A stretch of DNA of 64,000 bases from an uncultured Gammaproteobacteria bacterium (GTDB lineage Bacteria > Pseudomonadota > Gammaproteobacteria > Arenicellales > JAANXG01). The notes below the pieces were generated by a model. That model saw only the letters and a program-made list of their open reading frames with translations, did no database searches and was not told the DNA's origin. The position numbers and the translations under genes were made by a program. Positions 55,714 through 64,000 of this stretch are shown piece after piece. Each line of letters starts with the position of its first letter. Within the stretch, counting starts at the first letter, position 1. Where the stretch lies: positions 17,897-81,896 of the forward strand of contig CAMYKW010000001.1 in assembly GCA_947259175.1 (NCBI GenBank), in the 5' to 3' direction.

Positions 55714-55752
55714 TGCACCCTGAAACACGGACGAACGCAAAAACGACGATTG

Positions 55753-56391
55753 TTAATTCTTGGTTTGATCGATCACGTCAACACCACGGGGAGGCACGAA
55801 TGCGAACCTGTCATCCGCCACACGAGGATTCTCCACCACCTCGAGGAATGTGATACGGGTAGTCTGACCAAGATTGTCAACGAGCTCCATGACACGCAGG
55901 TTGCCATTCTCAAACCCGATGCGCATGTCGGCAAAGGCGCTGTCCTCCTGTTTCGACCGCATACCCACCCAGGACAACTTACCGTAAGTGCCCAAGTCAG
56001 TGACGGAGTAGTTTTGGGATATATTTCCTTTACCCGCCAATATGCTGGCCGGTGTCTTACCCAAAGTATCCTCCAGCGGGCGGACAGTCACTTGTTCCAG
56101 ATCAATATCGTGAATCCAAACTTTGTCGCCATCGCTGATTATCTTTTGCTCCAGCGGAGGATCGTAGTCCCATCGAAAACGGCCTGGTCGTTTGATAGTC
56201 ATACGGCCGCCGCTTTCCTCGATCTGATTGAGTTCCTCGTCAAGCACGACCTGTTCAAAACGAGCGCTTAAGGTCAACACCTCACGGAAAAACCGGTTGA
56301 GGCTGTCCGCCCCCTTGGGCGCGGGTACTGCGGGCCACGGCCAGGCAACGGCAACCACCAGCAACAATCGCATCATATTTCGTAGCAGCAT
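55753..56391 (-). CDS. lolA: Outer-membrane lipoprotein chaperone LolA
   Basis: ARFEQ, KRPGRFRWDY, SDG..W.HD.DLEQV, TPA and PPRGVDVI. Confidence 0.93.
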   Translation of the reverse strand: MLLRNMMRLLLVVAVAWPWPAVPAPKGADSLNRFFREVLTLSARFEQVVLDEELNQIEESGGRMTIKRPGRFRWDYDPPLEQKIISDGDKVWIHDIDLEQVTVRPLEDTLGKTPASILAGKGNISQNYSVTDLGTYGKLSWVGMRSKQEDSAFADMRIGFENGNLRVMELVDNLGQTTRITFLEVVENPRVADDRFAFVPPRGVDVIDQTKN

Positions 56392-58701
56392 TTAAGACCT
56401 CGGCGGCGGCGGGGCCAGAACTTCGCGTTTGCCGTTCGACTGCAGCGGCCCAACCACCCCGGCCTGCTCCATCGCTTCGATCATCCGCGCTGCGCGGTTA
56501 TATCCCACCCGAAGCTGTCGCTGAACGGCGGATATTGATGCCCGTCGAGTCTCGGTAACCAACCGCAACGCCTGATCATACAATGGATCGTCTTCCACAT
56601 TACCGTTGCTGTCCGGCGTTATACCGGCTGACGCGGCATCCGCCGACTCAAACGCACCGGCGAGCACCTGTTCGTCATACCGCGGCTCGCCCGCTTCTTT
56701 GAGATAAGCCACCACACGATGGATTTCCTGGTCGGACACGTAGCTGCCATGCACCCGGGTCGGCGTACTCGTACCCGGCGGGAGATAAAGCATATCACCA
56801 CTACCCAACAACTGATCGGCGCCGATTTGATCGAGTACTGTCCTGGAATCCACGCGCGCGGACACCTGAAAGGCTATTCTTGATGGAATATTGGCCTTGA
56901 TAAGACCGGTGATCACGTCAACCGAGGGTCTTTGCGTGGCGAGTATCAGATGGATGCCGGATGCCCGGCCTTTTTGCGCCAAACGTGTTATGAGCTGTTC
57001 GACTTTCTTTCCGACCACCAACATCAGATCCGCCAACTCGTCAATGACCACGACAACATAGGGAAGCGGCGACAAAGGCTCGGGTTCCTGATCCGCCTCG
57101 CTCGTCAACGGATCCATTACGGGCTTGCCTTCCGTAATCCCCGCTTTCACCTTGCGGTTGAAACCGGAAATGTTTCTTACGCTCATCGCGGCCATGAGGC
57201 GATACCGGCGGTCCATCTCTACGATACACCAACGTAGCGCGTTGGCCGCCTCTTTCATATCGGTGACCACGGGAGCCAGCAGATGCGGAATCCCGTCATA
57301 AACCGAAAGTTCGAGCATCTTCGGGTCCACCATTATCAAGCGCACATCCTGCGGCGACGATTTGTAGATAATGCTCAGAATTAGCGCATTGATACATACG
57401 GACTTACCTGATCCGGTGGTGCCGGCGATCAGCAGATGCGGCATCTTACACAAGTCGGTTATGACCGGAGCGCCCCCGATATCCTTCCCCAGCATCAACG
57501 CCAATGGCGTATTCGCATCTTCGTAAGGACGTGCGGAAAGGCCTTCAACCAAACGTACGGTTTCGCGGACTTCGTTGGGTACCTCGAGCCCGATAACTGA
57601 CTTTCCCGGGATATTATCGACAACCCTTACGCTGACAACGGAGAGCGCCCTGGCAATGTCTCGCGAAAGCCCGCCAATCTGGCTCGACTTGATTCCACGC
57701 GCCGGCTCTATTTCGAAGCGCGTAATTACCGGCCCCGGATGCACGGCGACCACCTCAACATCGATATTAAAATCGCCCAGCTTTTTCTCAACCAGCCTGG
57801 ACATCGTCTCCAGGGTCTGCTTGGAGTATCCGGCATCGTGAATTTCCGGCGGATCGAGCAGAGTCAACGGCGGCACTACTGACGAAGAACTCGGTTTCGC
57901 TTCGAATAGCTTGGATTGCTTTTCGCGCTCCAGGCGGCCGCTTTGCGGCAGCGTCTCGATCTTCGGTTCGATTCGAGGCGAGCGTTTTCTGGTTAATTTT
58001 TCCTTGAATTGCATGACCGCATCTTGACGGGCACGGCGCGCACGTTTACCCACCGAGCGATCGATCATTGCTCCGAATCTGGTCTGAATAAGGTCAAACA
58101 GCTCAAAAGCGTACTCTCCGGTCCGGTCCATCAGCCAGAACCAGGACAACCCGGTAAAGAAAGTCACTCCCGATAGAAACATGGTGAGCAGAAAAACAGT
58201 ACTTCCCACATCGCCGAATGCGGGTGACAGGGCGCCCGCCGCCAGTGAACCCAACACGCCGCCGGCTACATACGGTACATTTTCAGCCGTGTGATAAAAA
58301 TGCTGATATTCCAGACCACAAGCACCGACCATGGTCAATAGAAAACCCGCCGCAATCAGCGCCTTCTTTGGGTACTTCGAATGCGCACCACTATGCCTGG
58401 CCTGATATACCCGCCAGCCTGTGAACAATATTATCAGTGGAAACAGGTACGCTACGCGGCCGAACCCGTGGTGAAGAAAATCCGCTATCCAAGCACCGAA
58501 TCGCCCGCCCATGTTCCGTATCGCATCGCTGGCGCCGGTATGCGACCATCCTGGATCTTGTGGTGAGTAACTGGCGAGCGACATCAACAGGTAGGCCGCG
58601 ATAGCCACGACCACAAAGACACCGCTCTCGCGCAGTAAATTGACTATTTTCGGTGTTAACACGGGTGTAGAGACAACCCGGGTGCGACGTGCTTGTGCCA
58701 T
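56392..58701 (-). CDS. ftsK: DNA translocase FtsK (short linker)
   Basis: 4TM N-domain, PHLLIAGTTGSGKS, DPKMLEL, ATQRPSVDVITG and gamma domain GYNRAAR. Confidence 0.96.
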   Translation of the reverse strand: MAQARRTRVVSTPVLTPKIVNLLRESGVFVVVAIAAYLLMSLASYSPQDPGWSHTGASDAIRNMGGRFGAWIADFLHHGFGRVAYLFPLIILFTGWRVYQARHSGAHSKYPKKALIAAGFLLTMVGACGLEYQHFYHTAENVPYVAGGVLGSLAAGALSPAFGDVGSTVFLLTMFLSGVTFFTGLSWFWLMDRTGEYAFELFDLIQTRFGAMIDRSVGKRARRARQDAVMQFKEKLTRKRSPRIEPKIETLPQSGRLEREKQSKLFEAKPSSSSVVPPLTLLDPPEIHDAGYSKQTLETMSRLVEKKLGDFNIDVEVVAVHPGPVITRFEIEPARGIKSSQIGGLSRDIARALSVVSVRVVDNIPGKSVIGLEVPNEVRETVRLVEGLSARPYEDANTPLALMLGKDIGGAPVITDLCKMPHLLIAGTTGSGKSVCINALILSIIYKSSPQDVRLIMVDPKMLELSVYDGIPHLLAPVVTDMKEAANALRWCIVEMDRRYRLMAAMSVRNISGFNRKVKAGITEGKPVMDPLTSEADQEPEPLSPLPYVVVVIDELADLMLVVGKKVEQLITRLAQKGRASGIHLILATQRPSVDVITGLIKANIPSRIAFQVSARVDSRTVLDQIGADQLLGSGDMLYLPPGTSTPTRVHGSYVSDQEIHRVVAYLKEAGEPRYDEQVLAGAFESADAASAGITPDSNGNVEDDPLYDQALRLVTETRRASISAVQRQLRVGYNRAARMIEAMEQAGVVGPLQSNGKREVLAPPPPRS

Positions 58702-58789
58702 ACTTGTTACGGTTCGTCCGATAATAGATAAAAATACATCTCACATTAAACCGGTATCATAAATCGCCGGCTTTAGGATATCCAAGATC

Positions 58790-58818
58790 TTGAAATGAAG
58801 CCCCGTGAGACCCACATA
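58790..58818 (+). promoter_or_regulatory. Possible sigma32-type promoter upstream of trxB
   Basis: TTGAAA-N15-CCCACATA, an imperfect match to the RpoH consensus. Confidence 0.35.
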
Positions 58819-58927
58819 CTCAGGGCCTTTACGACAAGCGGAAGTGTTGCGTAACATTACCAGCCGTTCAATCTCATACCAGTCTTTATCGAGCAAGGAT
58901 AACATCTTTCTTTCTTCACAAGGTTAA

Positions 58928-59902
<975 letters not shown>

Positions 59903-59903
59903 A

Positions 59904-60431
59904 ATGGTTTCCCACCCGGATCGCCGCCTGTTTCGACATTCCATGGAGGGAACCACAATATTAAAACAGGACAGGATTCGCCCGTACCGTAAAAAGCCGG
60001 CGCCATATCCCGCGCAAACCCGCAGCGAAGAACGAGAGGTGTTGCGCGAAACCCTCAATTGCAGCTTCGACCCGTCGGAGCATGAAAACGGCGACGAACT
60101 GCTGTTCGTTCGCGGGGGCGTGCAACAGAAAATTCTCCGCAAACTGCGACGTGGAGAGTATCTGGTCGAAAAGGAACTTGATCTCCACGGATATCGGGTT
60201 CTCCAGGCGCGCGATACGTTGAGAGAATTCCTGCGTGATGCACAATCTCAAGGTCGTCGTTGCGTCCGCATCATTCATGGCAAGGGACTACGCTCGCCGG
60301 AAAAACAATCTGTTCTCAAACAGAAAGTGCATCACTGGCTGAAACAACGAGACGACGTACTTGCTTTCTGTACTGCCCGCTCTTTCGACGGTGGCACCGG
60401 CGCGATATACGTACTGTTGAAGAAGAAGTAA
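59904..60431 (+). CDS. Smr/MutS2 domain protein
   Basis: LRKLRRG, LDLHG, IIHGKG, LKQKV..WL and GGTGAIYVLL. Confidence 0.9.
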   Translation: MVSHPDRRLFRHSMEGTTILKQDRIRPYRKKPAPYPAQTRSEEREVLRETLNCSFDPSEHENGDELLFVRGGVQQKILRKLRRGEYLVEKELDLHGYRVLQARDTLREFLRDAQSQGRRCVRIIHGKGLRSPEKQSVLKQKVHHWLKQRDDVLAFCTARSFDGGTGAIYVLLKKK

Positions 60432-60436
60432 CTTCG

Positions 60437-60916
60437 CTACTGCGAAATATCGCGCAACAAGACAACTGCGTGCGCCGCGATCCCCTCTTCCTTCCCCAGA
60501 TAGCCCAGCTTGTCGGTCGTCGTCGCCTTGACGCTGATGCGCTCTCGTTCAACACCTAAGTCTTCGGCAATCAATTGCCGCATGCGAGGAATATATGGTG
60601 CGATTTTGGGTTGTTGCGCCACCACAGTTGAATCTACGTTGACCACCTGCTGGTTGTTTTCTCGCATCAGTCGGTTTACCTCGCGTAGCAGATGTCGACT
60701 GTCCGCGTCCTGATAACGGCTGTCGTTGTCCGGGAAATGTTGGCCCAAATCTCCCGCAGCCAGGGCTCCGAGGCAGGCATCGCAGATTGCATGGATCAAG
60801 ACATCGGCGTCTGAGTGGCCCATCAGCCCTTTGTCGTGATCGATGTGTACGCCGCCGATAACCAACGGTCGGCCCGGGACGAGCGCATGCACATCGAATC
60901 CGTGACCGATTCTCAT
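60437..60916 (-). CDS. ispF: 2-C-methyl-D-erythritol 2,4-cyclodiphosphate synthase
   Basis: RIGHGFDVH, GHSDADV, GDLGQHFP and KATT. Confidence 0.96.
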   Translation of the reverse strand: MRIGHGFDVHALVPGRPLVIGGVHIDHDKGLMGHSDADVLIHAICDACLGALAAGDLGQHFPDNDSRYQDADSRHLLREVNRLMRENNQQVVNVDSTVVAQQPKIAPYIPRMRQLIAEDLGVERERISVKATTTDKLGYLGKEEGIAAHAVVLLRDISQ

Positions 60917-61650
60917 GCCGACTGTCCCACTGGCGCACGCTGACGCAGGTAAAACGACGCCAGCGACAAGTCCGCGGGCGCGGTTACCTTGATATTCTCC
61001 GACGTTCCGGTTACGACCTTGGGATGATATCCGACATACTCCATCGCGCTCGCTTCATCGGTAATGATAACGCCATCGGCCAACGCACGATTGAGCGCCT
61101 GTTCCAACAGACGCATCTTGAACAACTGGGGCGTTTGCGCCAACCACAATGAGTCGCGATCAATGCTGAGCTCGACGCGATGATCGAAATTCACCTTTTT
61201 GACGGTGTCGGTAACCGGGACGGCAAGGAGACCTCCATCGTCAGTGTGCACGCTGCTGATGAGGGTCTCAACGCTCTGTGGCCGAACGCAAGGACGGACC
61301 GCGTCGTGCACCAGCACCCAATCTTCCGGTCCGGTCCGTTGTTGGAGAAAACGCAGCCCGTTCAATACCGACTCCGCGCGCGTATCGCCGCCGGCGACGG
61401 CGCCAAGGAGTTTCGGATGCCGTAATTCCAGTTTTCCCCAATGTGTGTCCTGTGCATGGATGCAGACAACAATCCCATTCACCGACGGCGCCTGCCATAA
61501 ATGCGTTAGTGTATGTTCCAACACTGAACGCCCTTCGATCGTCAGGTATTGCTTCGGCGTCTCGGATTTCATGCGTTTACCGATGCCCGCCGCGGGCACG
61601 ATAGCCCAGCAAGTTCGGATCGTCGTTACGCCTGGTTTTGCTGGCGGCAT
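60913..61650 (-). CDS. ispD: 2-C-methyl-D-erythritol 4-phosphate cytidylyltransferase
   Basis: PAAGIGKRM, PKQY, RAESV, HDAVRP, QTPQ, TDEASA and NIKVT. ATG 61650 lies behind GGAG. Confidence 0.96.
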   Translation of the reverse strand: MPPAKPGVTTIRTCWAIVPAAGIGKRMKSETPKQYLTIEGRSVLEHTLTHLWQAPSVNGIVVCIHAQDTHWGKLELRHPKLLGAVAGGDTRAESVLNGLRFLQQRTGPEDWVLVHDAVRPCVRPQSVETLISSVHTDDGGLLAVPVTDTVKKVNFDHRVELSIDRDSLWLAQTPQLFKMRLLEQALNRALADGVIITDEASAMEYVGYHPKVVTGTSENIKVTAPADLSLASFYLRQRAPVGQSA

Positions 61651-61668
61651 GTCCACTCCATCGTTACA

Positions 61669-64000
61669 ATGCGTAGCTTTTTACGGCAGTGCTACCCAGT
61701 TTTGAGCCCCGACTCCACTTCTAGCTACCGGGCCTCGGTATTCGACCCAGGTCTACCCAGTGCCGATAAACCACTGGTTCATTGGCAGCAGTTGTACGGC
61801 AGTAGCCTCGGTTTGGCCATTGTACAAGCGGCTGAACGGCTGGGCGTCGTAATCGTCGTCACCGCGGACACTCGTACCGCGCAGCGGTTAGAAGATCAGA
61901 TTCGCTTCTATTCCCGCGTTTCCGATCCCGTGCCTGTATTTCCCTTTCCGGACTGGGAATGTCTGCCATACGACAGTTTCTCTCCTCACCCGGATATCGT
62001 GTCCAACAGAATGCTTGCCCTGTCCCAACTGCCAAGTCTGCAACGGGGAATCGTTATCATCGCCGCCGGTAATCTGCCGCAACGACTTGCACCCGTTGAA
62101 TATATCAGCGGACACAGTTTTTCCATACGAGCCGGGGAAGATCTGGATATAGACAGGCTCAGAGTGAAACTGCAAACCGCCGGATATCATGCCGTCGACC
62201 AGTGCATCGCACCCAGCGAATACAGTGTCCGAGGAGGTTTGATCGATATCTTTCCGTCCGGTAGCGAGGATCCTTTTAGGATCGATTTGTTCGACAATCA
62301 AGTGGAATCCATACGTTATTTTGATCCGGAAAATCAACGATCAAAAAGCAAGATTGAATCGATACAACTGCTTCCAGCGCGAGAATTTCCCGTCGACGAA
62401 AACGGCATCAGGCAATTTCGCAGCGCGTTCCGGCGTTTGTTCACAGGCGATCCCCAGCGGTACAACGTCTACCGGGACATCAGCAGCGGGTTGATGCCCC
62501 CGGGTATCGAATTCTTCCTGCCACTGTTTTTCACGCATACCGGTTCATTCCTCGAATATCTGCCGCCGCAGGCCGCATTCGTGCTGGTAGAGGACATAGA
62601 AAACGCATTAAAAACGACCATGGCTGAAATTGAGGATCGTTATAGCAATGCGTCCTTGGACCCCGAGCGGGCGTTGGTGCCTCCCAACCAGCTATTTCTC
62701 GGTGCCGACGAGTTGACGGCCGGCATGAACCTTTATCCCCGGATCCAAGTTTCGGCGTTTCTCGATGCGGATATCAGCGATTCGTTCCATTTTCAATGTA
62801 AGGCTCCGCCTGAATTCTCGGTAAATCTCAGGGCGCCCTCACCCTACGCCCGATTCTATGAGTATCTCGCAGGATTTTCAGGACGGGTACTGTTAGTCGC
62901 GGAGACCGCTGGCCGTAGAGAAAATCTTCTTGGTCTGTTGCGGGACCACTCATTAAGCGCCGAAGTGGTAAGCAGTTGGGAGGCATTTCTCGATTCCTCC
63001 AACGCTCTGGCGGTGACAATTGGATCTTTAGAGAACGGACTATTGTTGGACGATCCGCAGCTCACGGTTATGACCGAGGGACAGCTCTATGGCGCCCGTG
63101 TCCTGCAAAGGCGGCGTCGAAGCACTGCAAGCCAAGACCCTGAGTCGGTAATCCGCTCCCTGGCGGAGCTCAAGATCGGTGACCCGGTAGTCCACGAGGA
63201 ACACGGTGTAGGCCGCTATCGGGGACTGAGCACCTTAAGCATTGAAAATAACCAGACAGAATTTCTAACACTGGAATACTACGGCGGCGACAAACTCTAT
63301 ATCCCGGTGCTATCGCTACATACGGTCAGCCGTTTCGTGGGCACCGGTGCCGAAAGCGCGCCTTTGCACAAGCTAGGCAGTGACACCTGGCTGAAGGCAA
63401 AACAGCGCGCCAAACAGCGTGCCCACGATGTTGCGGTTGAACTCTTGGAGATGGAAACGCTCCGCGCAGTGCGTAAAGGCACCCCTTTCCCCCCACCCGA
63501 CGACACCTATATGTCGTTCGGCGCCGCATTTCCGTTCGAAGAAACACCGGACCAACTCCAGGTAGTAGACGATGTTATTGCGGATATGTGCAGTGACAAG
63601 CCAATGGACCGTCTCGTATGCGGAGACGTCGGGTTTGGCAAGACGGAAATAGCGTTGCGTGCTGCATTCCTCGCAATCCACGGAAACAAACAAATCGCGA
63701 TACTGGTGCCGACCACGCTTCTGGCGCAACAACATTATTACAATTTTACCGACAGATTCGCGGATCAGCCGGTGGTAATTGAACTTTTATCAAGATTTCG
63801 GAGCAAGAAAGAACAAACGGAAGTTCTTTCAAACCTCAAGAAAGGAACAGTGGACATTGTTATCGGAACCCACCGGCTGTTACAACACGACGTGCGATTT
63901 GCTCGTTTGGGCCTGATCATAATCGACGAAGAGCATCGATTCGGGGTGCGTCAAAAGGAACAACTGAAAAAGCTGCGGGCACAAACCGATATATTGACGC
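61669..64000 (+). CDS. mfd: Transcription-repair coupling factor Mfd, partial; runs off the window edge
   Basis: Not in the ORF track. Manual translation gives FPDWECLPYDSFSPHPDI, VVHEEHGVGRY, FPFEETPDQ, CGDVGFGKTE and DEEHRFGVRQKE. The start is ATG 61669 or TTG 61702. Confidence 0.95.
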   Translation, partial: MRSFLRQCYPVLSPDSTSSYRASVFDPGLPSADKPLVHWQQLYGSSLGLAIVQAAERLGVVIVVTADTRTAQRLEDQIRFYSRVSDPVPVFPFPDWECLPYDSFSPHPDIVSNRMLALSQLPSLQRGIVIIAAGNLPQRLAPVEYISGHSFSIRAGEDLDIDRLRVKLQTAGYHAVDQCIAPSEYSVRGGLIDIFPSGSEDPFRIDLFDNQVESIRYFDPENQRSKSKIESIQLLPAREFPVDENGIRQFRSAFRRLFTGDPQRYNVYRDISSGLMPPGIEFFLPLFFTHTGSFLEYLPPQAAFVLVEDIENALKTTMAEIEDRYSNASLDPERALVPPNQLFLGADELTAGMNLYPRIQVSAFLDADISDSFHFQCKAPPEFSVNLRAPSPYARFYEYLAGFSGRVLLVAETAGRRENLLGLLRDHSLSAEVVSSWEAFLDSSNALAVTIGSLENGLLLDDPQLTVMTEGQLYGARVLQRRRRSTASQDPESVIRSLAELKIGDPVVHEEHGVGRYRGLSTLSIENNQTEFLTLEYYGGDKLYIPVLSLHTVSRFVGTGAESAPLHKLGSDTWLKAKQRAKQRAHDVAVELLEMETLRAVRKGTPFPPPDDTYMSFGAAFPFEETPDQLQVVDDVIADMCSDKPMDRLVCGDVGFGKTEIALRAAFLAIHGNKQIAILVPTTLLAQQHYYNFTDRFADQPVVIELLSRFRSKKEQTEVLSNLKKGTVDIVIGTHRLLQHDVRFARLGLIIIDEEHRFGVRQKEQLKKLRAQTDILT

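Noticed and set aside
55714..55752. Fluoride riboswitch upstream of crcB
   Set aside because: The gap is only 39 nt and contains no recognisable GATGG..TCCGCC-type motif.

Overview
Bacterial chromosomal window, most likely a deep-branching gammaproteobacterium with some betaproteobacterial-style gene order (inference). The left arm (1-22 kb) is housekeeping: partial comEC, DUF2062, lolD, lolC/E, lysS, prfB with its +1 programmed frameshift, a TM-FHA-PilZ gene, pntAB, sucCD, malic enzyme, fadBA, nudC, an SDR, tRNA-Ser(TGA), a GT-C-like membrane protein and yccA. The right arm (53.7-64 kb) is also housekeeping: serS, DUF190, crcB, lolA, ftsK, trxB, smr, ispF, ispD and partial mfd. Between yccA and serS is a ~31-kb, all-minus-strand surface-polysaccharide locus, visibly more AT-rich in its biosynthetic part. 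It has a VpsM/N/O/P-like beta-barrel/OPX/Wzc export module, a Wzm/Wzt ABC transporter but no Wzx, two Wzy/O-antigen-ligase-like proteins, nine glycosyltransferases and a WecA-like initiator. It also encodes sulfotransferase, carbamoyltransferase (with an unannotated SxtK/DUF5989 microprotein) and amidotransferase enzymes. The most unusual element is the first gene of the locus: a signal-peptide protein with two tandem, degenerate ParB/sulfiredoxin-like domains and a Gly/Pro/Thr tail. The WecA-like start codon directly follows an intrinsic terminator. All calls come from reading motifs by eye; no database searches were run.
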